Origin: a candidate division WOR-3 bacterium
Lineage (GTDB): Bacteria; Hydrothermota; 32-111
Assembly: GCA_039804105.1 (NCBI GenBank)
Contig: JBDRZU010000001.1
Location: 320,001 to 384,000, forward strand
DNA length: 64,000 nt
Direction: 5' to 3'
Part shown: positions 47,523 to 56,241 of the stretch, in pieces
Layout: every line of letters starts with the position of its first letter
How positions within the stretch are numbered: the first letter of the stretch is position 1
The notes under the pieces: model-generated
What the model saw: the letters and a program-made list of their open reading frames with translations, nothing else
Told to the model about the DNA's origin: nothing
The model's database searches: none
Made by a program: the position numbers and the translations under genes

Positions 47523-48629
47523 ATGAAAAATATTGCTGTATTCACAACAGTTCATAAGATCTATGATGCAAGAATCTACCATAAAGAGATAAAATCTTTA
47601 AAAAAATTTTATAATATTTTTTTGTATAACCCATATATTGAAGGTGAAATAAAAGAAGAACAAAACCTTCATTTTGTAAAATTGAAAAAGAGGAACAATA
47701 GATTCTTAAGAATACTTCTTTCACCCATCGATACTTTTTTACAACTTGTAAAAACAAACTATGATCTTTATCATTTTCACGATCCTGAACTTCTTGTGAC
47801 AGGAGTTCTTCTAAAAATTTTTGGGAAAAATGTTATTTATGATTCTCATGAAAACAATTATGGTTTAATAATGGAAAAGACCTACATAAAACCTTTTCTT
47901 CTAAAATTTTTTATAGCAAAAACGGTTAGATTGTTTGAAATTTTTTCATCATATTTTTTTGATGGAGTTATTGTTGCACGACCTGATCTGAAAAAACTTT
48001 ATAAAAATAAAAATATTCTAATTTTTAGAAATTTCCCAGATATACAGATAAAAATTGAAAATTCTGAAATAAATAAAGAAAGAGAGAAACCGATAATCGT
48101 TTATTCAGGTGGACTAACATACATAAGAGGGATTCTACAACTCATAGATGCAGTTGAACTTTTGGATGGAAAAGTTGAACTCCATCTTCTCGGTGAATGG
48201 CAGGATAAAGGTTTAAAAGAGGAGTGTGAAAAAAGAAATGGATACAATTTTACAAAATATCTTGGGAATTTTCCCTATGGAGAACATTTCAAATATATCA
48301 AAAACAGCGATATTGGAATAGTGCCTTTTTTACCTGCTCGAAATCACCTGACAACTCTTCCAAACAAACCTTTTGAATATTTTCTCTGTAAAATTCCAGT
48401 TTTAATGTCAAATTTCCCCTACTGGAAAACCACCTTCAAAAATATGGCTATATTTTTTGATCCTTTATCTCCAAATGATATAAAGGAGAAAATTTTATTT
48501 GTTCTTGAAAACAAAGATCTATCTTACAAACTTGTTGAAAATGCATTCAATAAACTTCAAACTGAATTCAACTGGGACAAAGAGAAAGTAAAACTTGAAA
48601 ACTTTTACAAAAGTATTCTTAAAAAATAA
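47523..48629 (+). CDS. Glycosyltransferase family 4
   Basis: HFHDPEL, YDSHE, YSGG...RG, PNKPFEY...PV. Confidence 0.9.
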   Translation: MKNIAVFTTVHKIYDARIYHKEIKSLKKFYNIFLYNPYIEGEIKEEQNLHFVKLKKRNNRFLRILLSPIDTFLQLVKTNYDLYHFHDPELLVTGVLLKIFGKNVIYDSHENNYGLIMEKTYIKPFLLKFFIAKTVRLFEIFSSYFFDGVIVARPDLKKLYKNKNILIFRNFPDIQIKIENSEINKEREKPIIVYSGGLTYIRGILQLIDAVELLDGKVELHLLGEWQDKGLKEECEKRNGYNFTKYLGNFPYGEHFKYIKNSDIGIVPFLPARNHLTTLPNKPFEYFLCKIPVLMSNFPYWKTTFKNMAIFFDPLSPNDIKEKILFVLENKDLSYKLVENAFNKLQTEFNWDKEKVKLENFYKSILKK

Positions 48630-49719
48630 ACTTATCTACAATTTCCTTTAACCTTTTTACTTCGTCTTCATAGTTGAAAATATGAAAAGAAAATCTAACC
48701 ATCCCATCTCTAAAAGAAACCTTCACATTTTTCTCAATCAGGTAGTTGTAAAAATTTTTTGTATTTCTGGTTTTAAAAGAAAGTATCGGGGTTTTTATAT
48801 CTATAAGATTCTGTGAGATAAACCCAAAGTTTTCAAGTATTTTGCCTATTTGTTTTATACCTTCAATGTTATGAGAATATACATTTTCAATTCCAACACT
48901 GTTCAAAAATTTCAAATTTTCTCCCATCAAAAGAATACCAAAAAAATTCCTTGTTCCACTTTCTATTCCAGATCCATTCAATCGATATTCTGGAAGATTC
49001 TCGAATGAATCAAAATTTTTGTAGTCAAGAGAGAGCCATCCGCAATTTCTTCTAACTATTTTATCGATATGTTGTTCATCTATATAAAAAAATCCTATAC
49101 CCTGAGGGCCAAGAAGCCATTTAGAAGCACCTGCAAATAGAAAATCAACTGGGGTTTTGGAAAGATCTATCACAACTGAGCCAGCTCCCTGAATAGCATC
49201 AACAGCTAAAAGAGAGTTTCGGTTATGAACGATTTCAAGAATGAGATTAAGATCAACAATTTCACCTGTCAAATAATCAACAAGATCAACAAACACCAGA
49301 GTTTTCTTATATTTTGAAAGTTCTTTATCAAGGTTTTCAGGATTTTTCGTAATTATTTCAACTGAATACCTATCATCTTTTTGAAATGGTACTAGAGTAC
49401 ATGGGAAATTTTTTCCATATATAATTATTTTCTTGATTTCCGAAAATCCATTTTTTATCAAATGAACAGCGGAAGTTGTATTTGGAATCAAACCTATACT
49501 GTTAGGTTTGCAGTTAACAAGTTTTGCTATCTCCTTTCTACAATTTTCAATCGTTGAAAAATATGAATCTAATGGGACATCACCCTCTGTTGAAATCTTA
49601 TCAAGAAGTTCATGTGCTTTCAAAATACCATTTTTCGTAGGAATGCCTGAAGATGCTGAATTGAAATATAAAATTTCCCTTTTATTGAAATATGATGAAT
49701 AATCTTTCATAATACCCAC
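48619..49719 (-). CDS. Class V PLP-dependent aminotransferase
   Basis: YFNSAS, NTT, VDAIQGAG, ASKWLLGPQG, ESGT, RFSFHIFN; start may be ATG 49710. Confidence 0.88.
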   Translation of the reverse strand: MGIMKDYSSYFNKREILYFNSASSGIPTKNGILKAHELLDKISTEGDVPLDSYFSTIENCRKEIAKLVNCKPNSIGLIPNTTSAVHLIKNGFSEIKKIIIYGKNFPCTLVPFQKDDRYSVEIITKNPENLDKELSKYKKTLVFVDLVDYLTGEIVDLNLILEIVHNRNSLLAVDAIQGAGSVVIDLSKTPVDFLFAGASKWLLGPQGIGFFYIDEQHIDKIVRRNCGWLSLDYKNFDSFENLPEYRLNGSGIESGTRNFFGILLMGENLKFLNSVGIENVYSHNIEGIKQIGKILENFGFISQNLIDIKTPILSFKTRNTKNFYNYLIEKNVKVSFRDGMVRFSFHIFNYEDEVKRLKEIVDKFIF

Positions 49720-49763
49720 TTTTTTATTTTTATTTTACCATATAGAGTTTTTACTTTCAAGAG

Positions 49764-49837
49764 AGCGCCCGAAGGGAATCGAACCCCCAACCTCTTGATC
49801 CGTAGTCAAGTGCTCTATCCAGTTGAGCTACGGGCGC
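49764..49837 (-). tRNA. tRNA-Arg(ACG)
   Basis: Anticodon arm cttga-CTACGGA-tcaag; acceptor stem GCGCCCG/CGGGCGC. Confidence 0.95.
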
Positions 49838-49850
49838 AAATAAAAATCTA

Positions 49851-50504
49851 TTATATACTTTCTTCTTTGCTGTTCAACTCAAATTCGTGTCTTATTGAAA
49901 AACCAATAAAAAGTTTTTTTGCCACATCTGTAAAAGGATAGGTTACATCGATCTGGAACGATTTTGGAATGAAGATGTTAACAAAAAAATCAGGGACTTT
50001 ATGTTTGAACAGATCTCCCCTTTCAATATCGAGAGTGAAAAAAATTTCGTTTTTTATTTTCTCTGCAAAATGAAAATATGTTGATAACCCAGTCGTAAAA
50101 GAAATATTTCTGTTTATATGATAAGTAGCTATTCCTGCAACTATTGGATAAACCAACACGTTCGATATATTTGTATAAAGATCACCTTCAAGTGCAAACC
50201 TGACTGGAATATTAAAATCTGGTGAGTACTTTAACCCAAATCCAGCAGATGAATTTTGATATCCCAAAATCAAATCAAGAACAGGAGCAAGTCCATAGTT
50301 GAATGAAAACCCCAAAAACCCCTTACTCTCCCTTAAAGAATCCGCAACGATTTTATCAGTTGCAGAAAAATATCCAGCATAGGATACTTTGTACTGAAAA
50401 TGAATATTCCCGGTGTAAACAGGATCAGCAAGTTGATTTGAAGAAAACAATCTAATGTTAAAAATTGATACAAATAACAATATGACAACAAAAACCCTTT
50501 TCAT
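49851..50504 (-). CDS. Hypothetical exported protein, possibly an outer-membrane beta-barrel
   Basis: Signal peptide followed by alternating aromatic/hydrophobic strands (GFSFNYG, GFGLKY). Confidence 0.6.
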   Translation of the reverse strand: MKRVFVVILLFVSIFNIRLFSSNQLADPVYTGNIHFQYKVSYAGYFSATDKIVADSLRESKGFLGFSFNYGLAPVLDLILGYQNSSAGFGLKYSPDFNIPVRFALEGDLYTNISNVLVYPIVAGIATYHINRNISFTTGLSTYFHFAEKIKNEIFFTLDIERGDLFKHKVPDFFVNIFIPKSFQIDVTYPFTDVAKKLFIGFSIRHEFELNSKEESI

Positions 50505-50517
50505 AAAAACCCCTTTT

Positions 50518-51597
50518 TTACAAAGATTCTTCTAATATTTTCTTTATCCTTTCAGAAGTTTTTCCATCCCAATATTTAATCTGTTTTCCTTTGACTTTTT
50601 CTGAAGATTTTAAAATTGTTTCGACATTCTCAATTTCAGGTTCTATCAACATGTTGGTTCCCTCAGTTAAGGTAATTGGTCTTTCAGTGTTCTGTCTTAA
50701 TGTAAAACATGGAATTTTAAGATATGTCGTTTCCTCTTGAATTCCGCCTGAATCAGTTAAAACAAATTTTGAATTCATTTCAAGTGCAATCGATTTAATA
50801 TATGACACTGGTTTTACAACAATTATTCTATTTGAGGTGAAGTATTTTTTTAAATTAAAATTCTCTATCATTTTCTGGGTTCTCGGATGGAGAGGAAAAA
50901 CTATTTGATATGTTCTCGATAATCTTTTCATAAATTCTAAAATTTTTACGAACCTTTTTCTGTTATCAACATTCGAAGGTCTATGTAAAGTACAATATAT
51001 ATATTCTCCCTTTCTCACAGAAAACTCTTTTTCAACATCAATCTTTTTTATTTTATCCATATTATCAACAAGTGTATCTATCATTATATTTCCAACAAGA
51101 AAAATCTCCTTTTTTTGATGCCCTTCGTTTAACAGATTTTCAACAGCATCAATCGAAGGAGCAAAGAGAAAATCAGACAAAGAATCTGTTACAACTCGGT
51201 TGATCTCCTCAGGCATATTCTTGTCAAAACTTCTTAAACCTGCTTCTACATGTGCAACTTTTATATAAAGTTTTTTTGCTGATAAAGTTGCGGCCATAGT
51301 TGAATTCACATCACCAAAAACTATGCATAGATCTGGAGTTTTCTTAAAGAGTAACTTTTCATACTCTATCATTATTCTGGAAGTTTGATATGCATGTGTT
51401 CCACTTTTAACTCCCAGGAAATATTCTGGTTCTGGTATCGAAAGATCCTCAAAAAAAATATCAGACATTTCACGACTATAATGTTGCCCAGTATGGACAA
51501 GTCGAACATTAAAATCTTTTCTCAATATCCTATTAAGTTTTACAACCTTTATGAAATTTGGTCTTGCACCGATGATAAGATCAAGCGTTTTTTTCAT
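50518..51597 (-). CDS. wecB: UDP-N-acetylglucosamine 2-epimerase (non-hydrolysing)
   Basis: GARPNFIK, HTGQHY, GDVNST, HVEAGLRS, PEEINR, TDSGGIQEE. Confidence 0.95.
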   Translation of the reverse strand: MKKTLDLIIGARPNFIKVVKLNRILRKDFNVRLVHTGQHYSREMSDIFFEDLSIPEPEYFLGVKSGTHAYQTSRIMIEYEKLLFKKTPDLCIVFGDVNSTMAATLSAKKLYIKVAHVEAGLRSFDKNMPEEINRVVTDSLSDFLFAPSIDAVENLLNEGHQKKEIFLVGNIMIDTLVDNMDKIKKIDVEKEFSVRKGEYIYCTLHRPSNVDNRKRFVKILEFMKRLSRTYQIVFPLHPRTQKMIENFNLKKYFTSNRIIVVKPVSYIKSIALEMNSKFVLTDSGGIQEETTYLKIPCFTLRQNTERPITLTEGTNMLIEPEIENVETILKSSEKVKGKQIKYWDGKTSERIKKILEESL

Positions 51598-52523
51598 AGA
51601 TAAAATTGCATGGACTTTTTTAATCCTTCTTTCACTCGAACAAGTACCTCATATTTGAGAATCTTCTTTATCTTTTCAATATCAGCAAGAGAATCTTTTA
51701 CATCTCCAGGTCTTGGGGGAAGATAAACTTTTTCGATTTTGTAACCTGTTATTGAAGACACATAATCAACAAGTTCGTTAACAGAGATTCGCTCTCCACA
51801 CGCTACATTGAATGCCTCTCCAAATGCCTCTTCAGGAGCTTTAAGTGAAAGAATATTCGCATAGACAACATTTGAAACATAGGTAAAATCTCTTGTCTGT
51901 GTTCCATCTCCAAAAATTGTGATAGATACCTTGTTTTTCACAGCAGAGAAAACTTTAGGTATAAAAGCTGAATACAAAGACATTGGATCCTGATTCTCTC
52001 CAAAAACATTAAAATATCTTAATGAAATAGTTTTCAACCCATATATTCTATAAAAAATTGAAGAATAATATTCTCCAGCAAGTTTTGTTAAAGCGTAAGG
52101 TGATTTTGGTTTTGGCTCAAGTGTTTCAACTTTTGGAATCACAGGATTATCACCATAAATTGAAGATGAAGAAGCAAAAATGAATCTTTTTATATTCATA
52201 TCTTTACTACATTGAAGAAGGTTTAAAGTTCCAACAATGTTGACATCGTTTGTCGTCAGTGGATCATTTATCGATCTTGGAACAGAAGGAAGAGCTGCCT
52301 GATGAAACACATAATCAATATCTTTAAGGGATGTCAGAACAGTATGATAACTCCTTATATCACCTTCAACAAGATCAATTTTGTCTATAAATGGAAGTAT
52401 ATTCTCCCTCTTCCCTGTCGAGAAATTATCAAGAACTCTTACCTTGTTGTTATCCTCAAGAAGTGCTTTCACAAGATTACTACCGATAAAACCCGCACCA
52501 CCTGTAACAAGTATAAACGCCAT
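51594..52523 (-). CDS. NAD-dependent UDP-hexose/HexNAc 4-epimerase (WbpP-like SDR)
   Basis: TGGAGFIGS, HQAALPSVPRS, SSSSIYG, YALTK, LRYFNVFG. Confidence 0.9.
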   Translation of the reverse strand: MAFILVTGGAGFIGSNLVKALLEDNNKVRVLDNFSTGKRENILPFIDKIDLVEGDIRSYHTVLTSLKDIDYVFHQAALPSVPRSINDPLTTNDVNIVGTLNLLQCSKDMNIKRFIFASSSSIYGDNPVIPKVETLEPKPKSPYALTKLAGEYYSSIFYRIYGLKTISLRYFNVFGENQDPMSLYSAFIPKVFSAVKNKVSITIFGDGTQTRDFTYVSNVVYANILSLKAPEEAFGEAFNVACGERISVNELVDYVSSITGYKIEKVYLPPRPGDVKDSLADIEKIKKILKYEVLVRVKEGLKKSMQFYL

Positions 52524-52545
52524 TTCTTCTCCTTTTAAGAAAAAA

Positions 52546-52573
52546 ATTATATCATAAATTATTCTATTTACAA
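52546..52573 (-). promoter_or_regulatory. sigma70-type promoter
   Basis: TTGTAA-16bp-TATAAT with TG extension. Confidence 0.6.
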
Positions 52574-52575
52574 TC

Positions 52576-54170
52576 TCAATTTATTTTATTTATTGAAAAG
52601 AATACACTTCCTCTTTCTTCAAAAATATCAAAATTTCCAAAATTTAGGGAATCATCGTATGTACAATATTCAAAGGTTAAACTATCATTTTTTTCTATTT
52701 TTACAATAGCAGATGCGTTTAAAACTTCAAAATTATCTTTTTGTAAAACTCCTTTATAACCAGTGTTAAGATTTGCTATCTCTCTACCATTCAATCTTAC
52801 CCTTAAAAATAAACTTGTTCCCTTTTCATTTTTAGAAGTAAAAACAACCTTATAATGTATATTGTAAAATCCACTCCTTTCAAAAACTAAAACTGACTCA
52901 TCATTTTTGGAAGTTCTGATGATTTTGGGATTGTTTTCTAAAATAATATTTTTAAACTTAAAATTTTTAAAAAAATTTTTTTCAACTTTTTTTTCTTCGA
53001 TATTAAAAACTTTTATCGGGGTATTCAAATCAACATCGTTATATTTACTTTCTGGATCAACAACAAGATTTCTCTTGAAAATGATATTTCCCAAACTGTC
53101 CTCATAAAAAGAAAAATCCCCAGTATTGTCAAGGTTCAAGAATCCCCATCTAATATATTGATTTTTCCCGTTGTTGTATCTAAAAATCAAAGGTTGATCA
53201 GAAAGGTTAGTTAAACTTTTTGTATATACATTTGAACCTAATATATCTAATTTTTTCAAATCCAATCTGTTATCCTTCAAATATAAGGTATCCCTTAAAT
53301 TCAAAACAAATGAAAAACTTCCATCCTCAGCAAAATTGAAATTCCCTCTATTTCCAAATTTTATTCCTTTTCCAAGGTTAAGATTTCCTGATACAAGAAA
53401 AGAACCTGTTTCTTTATCAAAAAATAGAGAATCTTTAATACCTTTTACCTTCATATTTCCTTTTAGATCCATAAAAGAGGCAGAGTATACTGAAGAGTCA
53501 ACAAAATTTTTTGCGACGATCTTATCTTTTACGATGATCTCTCCATCCATCTGTAAAATATTTTTTATTTCATCTTTCTCTTTCAACAGAAGAATGTTTC
53601 TTTTTTTATTCCCATACAGTATAAAACTATCACCTTCAGTTTCAAATAGGATTGATTTTACACCCCAAAAATTTGTACCAACATTTCTTCCTTGTGAAAC
53701 AGCAAGATAACCGTTTGAAAGCCAGTTGTAATAGTTTGATATTTCACAACCAAAAATATCTGAAAATTTTACGAGACCATTGTTTATAAGATTTTCACAC
53801 ATACTGAAAAAAAATGAAAAATAATCAATGCTTCCTTCATTTACAAAAGTTTTGAAACCAAATTTTCAATCTGGATAGATACGTTGGATGATCTGTTTAC
53901 AATAACTGTTTTATCAAGTTCACAGTTTGATGGAGTGTTTATTCCAAGAAGAACGATCTTCTTTATAGGTTCTTTTATCACTATACTGTCCTCTTTAAGA
54001 TCAGAAATAATATTTATTCTTAAATCATCTATGTTATTTTTTACGGCATCCTCTATAATATCTGATATATTGTCATAAATATCAGAGGGAACATTAAAAA
54101 CCTGATTTTCTATAGAAAAGATTTTGATAAACAAAAACAAACAAAAAAAACAAAAAATTTTTTCATTCAT
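52576..54170 (-). pseudogene. Secreted beta-rich protein split by a single -1 frameshift (ORFs 53841-54170 and 52576-53802); pseudogene, sequencing error or programmed frameshift
   Basis: First ORF has RBS and signal peptide. The frame of the second ORF is open up to 53865, overlapping the end of the first. C-terminus looks C1q/TNF-like (SGFYNIHYKV...LNG...ASAIVKIEKNDSL). Confidence 0.6.
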
Positions 54171-54191
54171 CTTTACATCTCCTTTCGTTCA

Positions 54192-54219
54192 ATTTTATCA
54201 TAAGGTGGTATCATTTCAA
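54192..54219 (-). promoter_or_regulatory. sigma70-type promoter
   Basis: TTGAAA-16bp-TAAAAT with TG extension. Confidence 0.55.
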
Positions 54220-54231
54220 CATAATCTTATA

Positions 54232-54259
54232 TTGACAAAAAGATTTTTTTTGTTAAGAT
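54232..54259 (+). promoter_or_regulatory. sigma70-type promoter of tRNA-Leu(CAA)
   Basis: TTGACA-16bp-TAAGAT with TG extension. Confidence 0.65.
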
Positions 54260-54268
54260 ACTTTCTAT

Positions 54269-54352
54269 GCCGAAGTGGTGGAATTGGTAGACACGTCGGT
54301 CTCAAAAACCGATGATGGCAACATCATGCCGGTTCGACTCCGGCCTTCGGCA
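54269..54352 (+). tRNA. tRNA-Leu(CAA)
   Basis: Anticodon arm tcggt-CTCAAAA-accga, variable arm, GTTCGACTCC. Confidence 0.95.
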
Positions 54353-54353
54353 T

Positions 54354-55061
54354 TTAAGATCTTGCAAAAGTGAGTCCGAAAACTTTTTCAACTCCAAAAT
54401 ATTCTTTTAAAACTTTTGCCGCTTCAGATAAAGTTTTTCCTGTTGTAAAAACATCATCTACGATAAGAATAGAATAACATTTGAAATCTTTTTTAAATGG
54501 ATAAAACATTCTACCTCTTTTTTCTCTTAAAAATCCAGGGAGCATTGCCTGGTTGATAAAAGTCTCTTTTTGCTTTAATATGTCACAAACAAATGGTATA
54601 CCAGTAAGTTCTGAAAGATCTTTCGCTATAAGAAAAGATTGGTTAAAATACCGATTGTAACTTTTTAAAAAACTTTGCGGTATGTATGTTATGAATTCGA
54701 CATACTGAAAATTCGGATCCTCCTGAATTTTCATATACAAAGAATTCGAAATAAAAGAACCAAGAGATTTCAAATTTTTGTATTTAAAATTTTTTATTAT
54801 AATTGAAGTGATGTTATCATAGTAGTAAACAGATCTAACATAATCAAAAAAATATTTGCTTTCTTTACATTTAGGACATAAAATTTCAGTTTTTTCTATA
54901 TTGACACCACATATTGAACACAGATTCCCCCCAACTCTTTTTAATTTAATAAAACAGTTTTTACATATGGGGATATCATTTAAAAATTTTTCATTTTTAC
55001 ATACAATACAGTTTTGTGGGAAAAGTATTTCTAAAGGATTACCAATATTTATCCTTTTCAT
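54354..55061 (-). CDS. comF: ComF family protein (zinc ribbon plus PRTase domain)
   Basis: CxxC pairs, R.FNQS, ILIVDDVFTTGKT. Confidence 0.88.
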   Translation of the reverse strand: MKRINIGNPLEILFPQNCIVCKNEKFLNDIPICKNCFIKLKRVGGNLCSICGVNIEKTEILCPKCKESKYFFDYVRSVYYYDNITSIIIKNFKYKNLKSLGSFISNSLYMKIQEDPNFQYVEFITYIPQSFLKSYNRYFNQSFLIAKDLSELTGIPFVCDILKQKETFINQAMLPGFLREKRGRMFYPFKKDFKCYSILIVDDVFTTGKTLSEAAKVLKEYFGVEKVFGLTFARS

Positions 55062-56241
55062 TCAATCCTCTGTTTACTATCGCAAACATAATCATGGTTG
55101 TTATATATGACGACCCTCCATAAGAAAATAAAGGTAAAGGCACACCAACTATTGGAACCAATCCGATCGACATACTTATGTTTATAATGTATTCAAACAC
55201 TATAAAGAAAGTAAAAGTTGAAACAACAAGTTTTGTATATTTTGATTTTATTTTATTCAAATTAAAAAATACTCTAAAGATTATGATAAAAATCAATATC
55301 AATATCAAAATGTATCCTACAAATCCAAACTCTTCACCTACAGCAGAAAATATGAAATCGGTGTGCTGCTGTGGAACAAAATTTAAACCTTTCTGAGTAC
55401 CATTCAAAAATCCCTTCCCAAAAATTCCGCCCGAACCTATACCTATTTTCGATTGCAAAAGATTCCATCCGTAACCATGCACATCCTTTTCGGGAGAAAG
55501 GTAAGATAAAAATCTATTTTTCTGGTAATCCCTCAAACTGTTCCACACAATAGGAGCAATTCCCCCAAAGATTATGTTAAGAAAAAATATTTTTAAAAGA
55601 TTTATAAAATCAATCTTTGCAAAATAGAGTATAAAGGATATCACAAAAATATAGAATATCCAGATGATCGGGAAAAATGAAAAAATAATCGAGAGAATTG
55701 GAGTTAAAAGAATAAAAAGATTGATCAACTTTGTATCGTTAAGGAATAAAATCAAAAAAAGTATTAATAGAAAGAGGATCGATGTCCCAAGGTCAGGTTG
55801 AACAAAAACAAGAAAAAAAGGAATAAGAACCATTATGTAGGAAACAAGCAGAGTTATAGAATTATCTTTTTTTTCTTTTCTTGATAGCAAAAATTTCGGT
55901 AAAGCAAGAATTAAAGAAACCTTGGCAAACTCAGAAGGTTGTATATAAGCAATTCCAAAATCAAACCATCTTTCAACTGGTGCTTTGTTGATCAATTTTA
56001 AAAAAAATAACAGGAATATTGAAAAAAAGTACAGAAGATAAGAACCTATATAAAAAACCTTTATCGGAATAAACTGGATACCAATAAAAAGAAACATGGA
56101 AAGGAAAAACCAGATAAGTTGTCTGTAAAAAATTATAATATTATCGTTGTAAACTACTGAGAATAAGACAATAAGCCCAAAAATTGAAAGAAAAATCAAA
56201 GGCAAAACAATGAAGGGATCCAATCTATTTTTAATATCCAT
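55039..56241 (-). CDS. rodA: Rod shape-determining protein RodA
   Basis: RW, QPSEFAK, QPDLGT, IGSGG..GKG, HTDFIF...EE.G, SYGGSS; follows mrdA. Confidence 0.95.
   Translation of the reverse strand: MDIKNRLDPFIVLPLIFLSIFGLIVLFSVVYNDNIIIFYRQLIWFFLSMFLFIGIQFIPIKVFYIGSYLLYFFSIFLLFFLKLINKAPVERWFDFGIAYIQPSEFAKVSLILALPKFLLSRKEKKDNSITLLVSYIMVLIPFFLVFVQPDLGTSILFLLILFLILFLNDTKLINLFILLTPILSIIFSFFPIIWIFYIFVISFILYFAKIDFINLLKIFFLNIIFGGIAPIVWNSLRDYQKNRFLSYLSPEKDVHGYGWNLLQSKIGIGSGGIFGKGFLNGTQKGLNFVPQQHTDFIFSAVGEEFGFVGYILILILIFIIIFRVFFNLNKIKSKYTKLVVSTFTFFIVFEYIINISMSIGLVPIVGVPLPLFSYGGSSYITTMIMFAIVNRGLNEKDKYW

Noticed and set aside
49764..49764. U discriminator base in tRNA-Arg(ACG)
   Set aside because: Atypical but a single base; cannot be separated from natural variation or error without comparative data
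5316..54352. tRNA genes as integration sites for islands or prophages
   Set aside because: No integrase and no duplicated tRNA 3' ends seen; similarity among Ser tRNAs reflects complete isoacceptor genes
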